Of a stretch of DNA of 64,000 nucleotides, positions 11,628 through 22,058 are shown piece after piece; position 1 is the first letter of the stretch; each line of letters opens with the position of its first letter. Origin of the DNA: Takakia lepidozioides. Its lineage: Eukaryota; Plantae; Bryophyta. The notes beneath the pieces are model-generated. The model was given only the letters and a program-made list of their open reading frames with translations. It was not told where the DNA came from and made no database searches. Location: the NCBI GenBank assembly GCA_030704615.1, contig CM060734.1, positions 8,494,001 to 8,558,000 on the forward strand, in the 5' to 3' direction. Position numbers and translations under genes: made by a program.

Positions 11628-12075
11628 CGTCGGACAACCTCTGTTGTATGTCTTTGGAAATGGGCAGTAGCGCTGATAGCCTGTTTTGTCTAAGTCAAAA
11701 ACCAGCGGTTAACAAGCTCCGACGTAAAGGTTGATCCAAGCTCAAATCTGGATCCATTCGAACCGTGCTGCAAAAATGGAGTGTAGGGGGTGCTATGTCT
11801 AATGACATCCCTCTCTAGGTCGGCCTCTTCCACAATTTTCATGTCAACTATCTCGCTGTTCTCCTCCTGAGGAACCTCCTATTCCTGCACACCAACCTGT
11901 TCGGCGAATAGGGAAAAGAGCTCGGTCAGTAATTCAAACTTTGGAAGTGCATCGGTTGCTACCGAGTGTACCATCACATACTTGCCTTGGTTTTCTCCAA
12001 ACAACCAGGCGATGCAGTCCGCATCAGACTCGCATTTGTATAATCCCGGACCTAGGGACCTGACTGCATCCTCTC
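11628..12075 (-). pseudogene. Unidentified exon-like reading frame with two TAG stops
   Basis: Minus frame reads REDAVRSLGPGLYKCESDADCIAWLFGENQGKYVMVHSVATDALPKFELLTELFSLFAEQVGVQE*EVPQEE...RWFLT*TKQAISATAHFQRHTTEVVR, then a GTATGC donor-like site. Confidence 0.35.
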
Positions 12076-14858
12076 CTCAGGTATCCCGATTTGATGCATT
12101 CTACTGTGATCTCTTGAGATTCAGGTGTTGAATGCCGCAGCGTCCCACTCCACAAACGATTAAATTTCTTTGTGGTGTCGCATCTATGTTTTACTTTTGA
12201 TCAATTTGCTCACTGTAGAATGCATGTTGGACATGGATAGCAACTGTGAAGACCTGCTACTCACCTCGTGCATCCTCACTAACACACATCTTGATGTGGT
12301 GGTTTTTGGGACGGGCACATGTGAGGGTCTTCACTTGATGTGTATTTTTTTTTTCAGTTTGCAGATGATCAAAGGACTTGGCGATGGTGACGATTGATGC
12401 TACAAACTGCTTCAGTGGGCAGATTCGGCCTCTCAACCTTAATGCTTTTTTGTTTTTATGGGTTGTAACCTGATTATAAGTCAGTTTTCTGGTATGATAC
12501 CAGTTTGAACTATGGCACCATATTAGTGGGGTTTTCAACCTGATTGTAAATCAGCTTTCTGGCACGATACCAGTCTGAGCTTCGGCTGCATTTTGATATG
12601 GTGCTGGAGTACCATCTCCAGACCTTATAAGGCTATCCAATGATGCTTAAGATAGGCCTTCTTATGTTGATTTAACACGGTAAGTACCAAGCGGTACTTT
12701 TTGGACATTGAGGTCAGAGTTCTAAATTTAAAATAGCCCTCGTTACACTGTTTTAACTTAGAGATTACCAAGCAGCTGGCGTGATGGGCTTTTCAGATTA
12801 CATAGCACCTGTTTTAAGGTTGCCAAGCGATGTCATTGGAACCATCCTTTGAATTTGAAACAGGTTCAGTTTTACCATGTTAACTTGGAAGGTACCAAGC
12901 TGTACTTGATTTGGAAGAATACCAAGCAGTACTTGACTTGGAAGAATACCAAGCAATGGTCTTGTTGGGCTTTTTCAAAATACGTAGGGGCTGGTTTAAC
13001 TTATCAAACTAGCCTTTTAGAATACCCTTTGAGCTGGTGTTGTCTATAAAGTTCTGATTATGCTCATTGTAGCAGTCCACTCTGATTGAGTTTTGGAGAT
13101 CGATGATTGGAAAACCAGATCCAGACCTTTGTGCATTCATAGAACATAGACATAGCATGTTGGCTGGTCTATATTATCAGGCTGGGCTCTTGGAATTGCA
13201 ACACCTGCAACTCATTCTTAAAGGCTCAAGTGTTTATGTTGATCTGGTATGTACCAAAGGTGGTGTTTGTCCCGATTGTTTTATAAGAAATACAAGACTC
13301 CTTCGATGATGAATGACATCTGAATCTAGGGTGATGGTTGTCTTGGAAATCCCACCCTCCCACCCTAATTTTTCATGTGTTTTCAGGAAGATGACATGAG
13401 TTTTTATCAGGTATGCCTATGGAAGGTGAAGTTAGATAGTGCCTTGTTATGAGGCTGATTTGTCGTTAATTTGACAAAGACCTTGTTTGGTCTTGTCCAT
13501 GTCCCGACAAGACATAGTATCTTCCCTCTCTATTCTTGACCAGTGTACTTAGTGGTTTCTGTACACACTCACTCTCTCTCTCTCACCTGCCATTTTCCAG
13601 TTTTCTTACTATGATGTACTAACACCTTTAGTGGCTTTTGCAGAGGTCTAGGAAAGCCATGGGGTATCAGCCCCCTATAACAATAGTGTGGAGCAACAAA
13701 TCCCTCATAAGGTATGATGATCCTCTCCAACAAAAATTTGTTGGCGGATTGGACAACGAGAGAAAGGCATTGCTGATATTACTTGAAGAACATCTAAGGG
13801 TTTCTTGCATACTGATATTATGAGCTAGGCCCAGGTAAAACAGCCTGTTAGAGTATGTGTGTACACCTTCTACATGATCCGGTCAATGCACATTACTCCT
13901 GTTAACTGGTAACCTGTAGTTGATGCCTTATGTCAGCATCAGATCCCTTATGATGAAAAGCCTTCCCTACTCGTGGGCTTTAATACTTCTCCTGGATGTG
14001 GGGTTGCTCTTTATAGCACCACTAAAAAAATGCCCAGGTGTAACGTGATATGTCATTTTTCATACCTTGAGGAAATATGGTTTTAAAACCATAAAGCTCG
14101 TTGATATGGTGAAAAGATGGGCAGCAGATTGCTGCCAATGTTCTTATTCACATGTTCATGTTGTGAATCACGGGCAGTAGACTACTGCCACTGGCTGAAG
14201 AACACGAGTTCTTATTCATACCTTTGGAAAAACGGTTCTAACCATAAAGTTGGCTGATATGGTGGAAAAATGTGCAGTAATTTACTGCCATCGGTTAAAG
14301 AACACCTGTAATTTCTGAACTCTTGCGTGCCCAGCTATATGAATGTTTTGTCCGTATTTTCTCTTGACTTGGGAAGCAGAGACTGTAGCTTTTTAACCAA
14401 AGATAAAACTACATCGCACGGAGATCCTGCCTTGGTCTCTACTTCTTTACAAGAGCTTGTTGACAAGATAAGAGGTAACATGGAAAACGCATGACTCTAT
14501 ATTCTTGCCAAGTTTGATTTATGCTATGCCAATGTTCACTCGTGATCTGAGGGCAGAGAGAATGTAGACCTTTTATCTTTTTGGTATTCAAGTCCAAGGA
14601 TAGAACTACATTGTAGAGGGAGACCTTATGAGAATGGGTCTGGTATGCACTCCCTTACGGGGTGAGCGCATACCACACGCACTCCATAAGGGACTGCCAT
14701 ATTAGGGGTTGGATGGTGGGCGCCCCCTCTCTCCAATTATCCATTTGGGATTAACAATTTTTTTTTCCTAAGCCTACCTGGTTTGGAAATACCTTCTTTC
14801 TAATCCCTAATGGAATATGTTTTGAATTTCATCCATACCGGATGGAAAATATGCTAGG
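12076..14858 (+). repeat. Repeat X, partial copy 1
   Basis: Near-identical to ~18859-21618. Confidence 0.95.
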
Positions 14859-17800
14859 AACTCATCGCATGTTTGCATCGCCCAACTTGGGGCGAGAGGG
14901 CAAACCTAAACCTTTTGTTGGTGGACGGGAGGACCTGCAGCGAGAGTACGACAGAATAGGCATTGGGGAGGTTGGTGCAGGCGGCATGGCAGGTGAAGGG
15001 CGTGAGGATGTGAGGACAACATATCCGGCAATGGAGGTTGTTGATGCACATGCTGTAGGGCCCGCCCACGCAAAGAAGAAGAAGAAAGTTAAGCACATGC
15101 AATCCCCGGCGAGAGAGCCATCACGGGCTGCGGAGGGGGGAGTGAGCAGTGCGCGCGAGGGTGTCAGTTCTCCTCAATCAAAGGTGGTCGTCCTGGAGGG
15201 CTCCCCTGCTGCTAGCCCTAGTAAGAAACAGAAAGCCCGTGAGAGGGCAAAAGAACAGGCGAGACAGAATGCTAGCTAGGAGGAAAGAGAAAAGGCCACT
15301 GAAGAGGCCAGGGGTGCCCAAATGACAGATGCCAATGTAAGCGAGGGACGCACAGAGACGGTGGATCCCTCCAAGACACCACAAAGAGGCAGTAACACAC
15401 CAGTTAGACCATCGCGGGCAAGAGCAGCCCCTGCAATTACCCATACAGTGGAGAGTGGAGGAGAGGAAAGAACACCAGAAAGAGCACGGATTGTGCCAGT
15501 TTGAGGTGAAGCCGGGGAGAGGGTAGTATAGACGGGGAGAGTGCTCGAGGTGGTTTCGCCGGTGGCTGACCATGTTGAGGAGGACGACAGGGAGCTTTCT
15601 GACCAGGATGACATCCTCCCGGATATCCCCAGGCCCCAAACCCGCAGCATACAGGCTGGATTTGGCGGTCCTGGTGGGCTGCCGGAGAACCCCTCTGCAG
15701 TAGACGTCATGTCGGAGGCGGATATGAAGTTGGCCGCTGCCAAGATGTTGGAGGCAACCCACAGCAACATTGGCAGGGTGCTGGGGGGCATGGTGTACCC
15801 GGCCAAGCTTCGGATTCCCCTTTGCCGCTTGGTGTCATTGCAGGTGGTGAGACTTGCCCTCCCAAGCGATATCGACAAGCTGAAATTCTCTTTCCGGGAT
15901 GGATATCGAATGGGGTCTGCCGTGTTTTACGTTTCCATTGAGAACGACCACGGAGCTTCCCGTGCCCACACTTCCGATGAGGTGGACAAATGGGGTCCCC
16001 ATTGGCAAAGGCGAAATGAGGAGTTCGAGAGAACAATTGCTACTGATCCTCTTTTCCAGCACTTGTCCGGTAAGATGTTTTACGTGTGGGACGGCAATCA
16101 TCGCCTCCTGGCATGGATGGAGCACATAGCCGAAGCCCACCCCAACGACCTCGATTGGCATTTCGCCGTGGAGTGTGTTGTGCTGAAGGTTGCGGGGCCC
16201 AAAGATCGCAGTATTCTCAAAGCTGCAATGGCGGACATCAACTCGTAAGTTACAACGCCTCTTGCTTTTGGACCCATCCAATTGTAAGTCATTTCATTGC
16301 GAATCCTCATATTTGTTGAAAATTCCCATTTCAGTATTGTTTGATGGAAATGTGGCATTGCAGGGTGACTGAGAATGCCTTCATTGCCACCAACTTGTCC
16401 CATATGCTCTTCCGAGTGAAGGATGTCGGGAAGCAGGGGGTGCAAGAGTTTGCCAATTCGCTCAGTGCCGTCCTCCTGCGCAAGTCGGAGGCAAAGGCAG
16501 ACAGAACCTGGTATAGGCTGAGCATGGACGCCATGGTGGACTACATATTTCGGGTAAAGCTCCTCACTGTTTTGTTGAGCTAATGTGTCTCTCCTCCCCC
16601 AATAGAAGAAAAAGTGTTGAGCAGGATCTCTAATCTTATGTGCGCATTCTTGACAGACAAAAATTCAGCAGGATTTGGCACATGCGCGGAGGTTCTACAT
16701 GGAGTCAGAGGAGAAGAATCTAACCTTCCCGGCACTCGAATCGTATCTCAAAGTTGCGGAGGCCAGGGCCCGCATAAAGTACAAGTCGCGGATGGTAAAG
16801 TACGTGGCCATAGCTGATCCCGCCCTTGGTGCCGACTTTCTGGTGGAGGTGGGGAAGCACTACTCCCGTGCTCTGAAGCCCACGATGACATTGGAGAAGC
16901 TCCATCGTCTAGCCACATCTTGTGTGGATGCAACAGAAAAGGTGATACATTCTTAACCAAATTGTGGTGGCAACAACTCGTTTTTGTGGTGTTTGGCGCT
17001 TATGAATATGCTGGGTGGTTGGACAGACCCGGTGGCTCCAAATCTGGAATGGTTCCCAAAGTACAAGGGACATGTGGAGCTTCCCCAAACCGGACAAACT
17101 GTCTGACCCCACATTCGACATGTGGATGAACCGCATGACATGGTGGTTTCAGGTACTTCCCCACGCTTCGTTTGGCGCTTCTACTCTTGTAGGGGGTGGA
17201 TTCATTGTATTTTTTGAGGAAAGCGATCTGATGGAGAATCTCCACAGGTGACAACAAATGCGCAAGAGAAGCTGGACACACAAGCACATCAGTTCAAGAT
17301 GGAGATTTCTCCTGCAGCAGAGAGCCTACGCGACTATGTGATGAGGTACTTTCTGCTCTACAAAACCGACCTATTCTTTCGGGAGATACCCCATGCCCGC
17401 CGGAGCCACGAGTTCACCGACCAGCCGAACGCGGACAAAGCAGCAATGCGCCTTCTGTACAGGTACATACGCGATGCCTTCCTTTCAAGTCCTTGCATTT
17501 CAGGATGTTAGAGGCCTCATGTGGCGCATGAAAATTGGTCTTTGGGAAAATGGCGCCAAATTTCCAGTTCAGGGCTCCAAAAATGGCTAAGTCCCTAGGG
17601 TGCCTGGCCCTAAACTGGAAATTCGGCGCCATTTTTCCAGTTCAAGGCCATATTACCGTTCTGGGACTTAGCCATTTTCGGGCCGGAAAAGGGAAAATGG
17701 CGCCGAATTTCCAGTTCAGGGCTCCGAAAATGGCTAAGTCCCTAGGGTGGCTGGCCCTGAACTGGAAATTCGGCGCCATTTTTCCAGTTCTAGGCCCTAT

Positions 17801-18780
17801 TACCATTATGGGACTTGGCCATTTTTGGGCCGGAAATGGGAAAATGGCGCCGATTTTCCAGTTCAGGGCTTCGAAAATGGCTAAAGTCCCTAGGGTGGCT
17901 GGCCCTGAACTGGAAATTCGGCGCCATTTTTCCAGTTCTAGGCACTATTACCGTTCTGGGACTTAGCCATTTTCGGGCCGGACCAGGGAAAATGGCGCCG
18001 AATTACCAGTTCAGGGCTCCGAAAATGGCTGTCCCTAGGGTGGCTGGCACAAAAAACCGAAATTCGGCGCCATTTTTCGAGTTTTAGGCCCTGGCAGTTT
18101 TGGAACTTAGCCATTTTCGGGCCATACCGGGAAAAATGGCGCCGAATTTCCAGTTCCGGGCTCCCAAGATGGCTAAGTCCCTAGGGTGGCAGTCACCGAA
18201 AACTGAAATTCGGCGCCATTTTTCCATTTCTAGGCCCAGTCAGATCCGCCCCTACCTAGGAAAATGGTGCCGAATTTGCAGTTCAGGGACCTCATTGGGT
18301 TTTTCATGAATGCAGGTACTGCAAGTTCTCCCTTTTAGAGAAAGGTCATCTGTCTTTCGAGCCACCATTCTTCCTGGCATGGAGGAACCCTGGGGCTGAC
18401 TCCATGTACACTGACGATATTGTGAAGGAGTGGCATCTGGAACATTTGCATGATTGCCCTTGGTATGTGGACCATCCGCCCGGCTTGCTCGACCCATCCG
18501 AGTTTCAATTGAAGCTGGATGCTGAGGCCCGACGAAACCGGGCTCCGCTGTCTCCGCTGGGTGCAAAAGAGGCAAAAGCACTTGCGAACTCCAGGAAAGC
18601 GGCAGAGCTTGCTCAGGCAGGAATTCAGGAGAAATTGAATAAGAAGCATAAAGGCCAAAGGAAAAGGACAAGGAAACAGGTGAGTACAGTAACACCCAAA
18701 AAACAGAAAACCATCGGGGCATCGGAGGAGGCGCAGGAGGGGACCCAAGTGAGTGACTCGGACGACTCGGACGACTCGGC
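14859..18780 (+). pseudogene. Six-exon gene encoding a ParB/Sulfiredoxin-like domain protein, truncated at both ends by repeat X
   Basis: Exons ~14859-16244, 16364-16553, 16657-16941, 17027-17152, 17248-17462 and 18316-~18780. All five introns are GT-AG and phase-compatible. Motif GKMFYVWDGNHRLLAW (DGNHR 16090-16104). Exon 1 has in-frame stops at 15277, 15502 and 15529. Confidence 0.8.
17544..18290. repeat. ~147-bp tandem array (5+ units) built of interleaved inverted repeats, inside intron 5
   Basis: TGGCGCC/TGGTGCC anchor at 17551, 17698, 17845, 17993, 18137 and 18265. Confidence 0.95.
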
Positions 18781-21700
18781 AATCTTTCCTATTCATGAAG
18801 CAGCAGTGCTCATAAGGTGATGGGGGAAGTATCATGCACTTTGTAAATGTGCAATTTGTCCTCAAGTATCCCGATTTGTTGCATTCTGCTATGATCTCTT
18901 GAGATTCAGGTGTTGAATGCCGCAGCGTCCCACTCCACAAACGATTAAATTTCTTTGTGGTGTCGCATCTATGTTTTACTTTTGATCAATTTGCTCACTG
19001 TAGAATGCATGTTGGACATGGATAGCAACTGTGAAGACCTGTTACTCACCTCGTGCATCCTCACTAACACACATCTTGATGTGGTGGTTTTTGGGACGGG
19101 CACAGGTGAGGGTCTTCACTTGATGTGTATTTTTTTTTCAGTTTGCAGATGATCAAAGGACTTGGCGATGGTGACGATTGATGCTACAAACTTCTTCAGT
19201 GGGCAGATTCGGCCTCTCAACCTTAATGCTTTTTTGTTTTTATGGGTTGTAACCTGATTATAAGTCAGTTTTCTGGCATGATACCAGTCTGAACTTTGGC
19301 ACCATATTAGTGGGGTTTTCAACCTGATTGTAAATCAGTTTTCTGGCACGATACCAGTTTGAGCTTCGGCTGCATTTTGATATGGTGTTGGAGTACCATC
19401 TCCAAACCTTATAAGGCTATCCAATGATGCTTAAGATAGGCCTTCTTATGCTGATTTAACACGGTAAGTACCAAGCGGTACTTTTTGGACATTGAGGTCA
19501 GAGTTCTAAATTTAAAACAGCCCTCGTTACATTGTTTTAACTTAGAGATTACCAAGCAGCTGGCGTGATGGGCTTTTCAGATTACATAGCACATGTTTTA
19601 AGGTTGCCAAGCGATGCCATTGGAACCATCCTTTGAATTTGAAACAGGTTCGGTTTTACCATGTTAACTTGGAAAGTACCAAGCTCTACTTGACTTGGAA
19701 GAATACCAAGCAATGGTCTTGTTGGGCTTTTTCAAAATACGTAGGGGCTGGTTTAACTTATCAAACTAGCCTTTTGGAATACCCTTTGAGCTGGTGTTGT
19801 CTATAAAGTTCTGATTATGCTCATTGTAGCACTCCACTCTGATTGAGTTTTGGAGATCGATGATTGGAAAACCAGATCCAGACCTTTGTGCATTCATGGA
19901 ACAGAGACATAGCATGCTGGCTGGTCTACATTATCAGGCTGGGCTCTTGGAATTGCAACACCTGCAACTCATTCTTAAAGGCTCAAGTGTTTATGCTGAT
20001 CTGGTATGTACCAAAGGTGGAGTTTGTCCCGATTGTTTTATAAGAAAAACAAGACTCATTCGATGATGAATGACATCTGAATCTAGGGTGATGGTTGTCT
20101 TGGAAATCCCACCCTCCCACCCTAATTTTTCATGTGTTTTCAGGAAGATGACATGAGTTTTTATCAGGTATGCCTATGGAAGGTGAAGTTAGATAGTGCC
20201 TTGTTATGAGGCTGATTTGTCGTTAATTTGACAAAGACCTTGTTTGGTCTTGTCCATGTCCCGACAAGACATGGTATCTTCCCTCTCTATTCTTGACCTG
20301 TGTACTTAGTGGTTTCTGTACACACACACTCTCTCTCTCTCTCTCTCACCTGCCATTTTCCAGTTTTCTTACTATGATGTACTAACACCTTTAATGGCTT
20401 TTGCAGAGGTCTAGGAAAGCCATGGGGTATCAGCCCCCTATAACAATAGTGTGGAGCAACAAATCCCTCATAAGGTATGATGATCCTCTCCAACAAAAAT
20501 TTGTTGGTGGATTGGACAACGAGAGAAAGGCATTGCTGATATTACTTGAAGAACATCTAAGGGTTTCTTGCATACTGATATTATGAGCTAGGCCCGGGTA
20601 AAACAGCCTGCTAGAGTATGTGTGTACACCTTCTACATGATCCGGTCAATGCACATTACTCCTGTTAACTGGTAACCTGTAGTTGATGCCTTATGTCAGC
20701 ATCAGATCCCTTATGATGAAAAGCCTTCCCTACTCGTGGGCTTTAATACTTCTCCTGGATATGGGTTTGCTCTTTATAGCACCACTAAAAAAATGCCCAG
20801 GTGTAACGTGATATGTCATTTTTCATACCTTGAGGAAATATGGTTTTAAAACCATAAAGCTCGTTGATATGGTGAAAAGATGGGCAGCAGATTGCTGCCA
20901 ATGTTCTTATTCACATGTTCATGTTGTGAATCACGGGCAGTAGACTACTGCCACTGGCTGAAGAACACGAGTTCTTATTCATACCTTTGGAAAAACAGTT
21001 CTAACCATAAAGTTGGCTGATATGGTGGAAAAATGTGCAGTAATTTACTGCCATCGGTTGAAGAACACCTGTAATTTCTGAACTCTTGCGTGCCCAGCTA
21101 TATGAATGTTTTGTCCATATTTTCTCTTGACTTGGGAAGCAGAGACTGTAGCTTCTTAACCAAAGATAAAACTACATCGCACGGAGATCCTTCCTTGGTC
21201 TCTACTTCTTTAAAAGAGCTTGTTGACAAGATAAGAGGTAACATGGAAAACGCATGACTCTATATTCTTGCCAAGTTTGATTTATGATATGCCAATGTTC
21301 ACTCGTGATCTGAGGGCAGAGAGAATGTAGACCTTTTATCTTTTTGGTATTCAAGTCCAAGGATAGAACTACATTGTAGAGGGAGACCTTATGAGAATGG
21401 GTCTGGTATGCACTCCCTTACGGGGTGAGTGCATACCACACTCACTCCATAATGGACTGCCATACCAGGGGTTGGATGGTGGGCGCCCCCTCTCTCCAAT
21501 TATCTGTTTGGGATTAACAATTTTTTTTCCTAAGCCTACCTGGTTTGGAAATACCTTCTTTCTAATCCCTAATGGAATATGTTTTGAATTTCATCCATAC
21601 CGGATGGAAAATATTCCAGGTATAATCCCTAACTGGATGAATTATTGTCTTGAGCTTTACCACTAAGGATGTAGCCTACAAATTTTCATCCATGATGGAT

Positions 21701-21815
21701 TACATCCATCCTGGATGTTACATAACAAATGTAAACCTAAGAGGATGTAACTCTAATGAAGTGCAAAATTTCATCCCAGTGGATGAAATCACGGGATGGT
21801 TTGCTAACCGCCTCT
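18779..21815 (+). repeat. Repeat X, copy 2 (longest)
   Basis: Near-identical to copies at 12076, 30442 and 39136. Confidence 0.95.
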
Positions 21816-21820
21816 AATGG

Positions 21821-22058
21821 AGTACATCACCCATACCGGAAGAACTAGATGATTCCCCTATGTCTATTCCTCTCTCCCAAAGATATGGATAATTAGCTTT
21901 CAAATAACTTTCTCTTTTTGCTGAATATCTCTGGAGTCTAGCTTCTCTTTCATCACTCATGTCCCATGTCTTTCATTTCTTTTAATGTGGCAATAACCAA
22001 AACTCTCTTCTGTAATATCTCTCGTATATGCCTGGGTTTCTTTCAAGCTTCAATGCAC
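21821..22058. mobile_element. Two small family-A 5'UTR/gag-start fragments in opposite orientations
   Basis: 21821-21849 is the reverse complement of 58257-58285; 21848-22058 matches 58314-58525 directly. Confidence 0.85.

Noticed and set aside
13715-13780. Box C/D snoRNA-like ATGATGA...CTGA in X
   Set aside because: No recognisable rRNA guide or terminal stem, and the C-box is altered in the copy at ~30970; an Rfam/snoscan search would be needed.
12170-13823. Recurrent 60-90 aa ORFs in X (MWCRIY..., MIGKPD..., MQRSRK...)
   Set aside because: Recurrence just reflects near-identical DNA copies; ends shift with homopolymer indels; no recognisable domain.
15277-15531. Stops removable by U-to-C RNA editing
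   Set aside because: That editing is organellar; this is nuclear TE-rich DNA and deamination explains the stops.
17544-18290. CRISPR array
   Set aside because: The intervening sequences are themselves repeated rather than unique spacers; eukaryotic intron context; no cas genes.
17535-18309. ORFs reading MAPNFQFRAPKMAKSLG repeats
   Set aside because: Translation of the intronic array; the spliced frame skips it.
21966-22058. N-terminus of the 309-aa integrase ORF
   Set aside because: Chimeric: it is an inverted 5'UTR fragment fused to integrase at 22058/22059.
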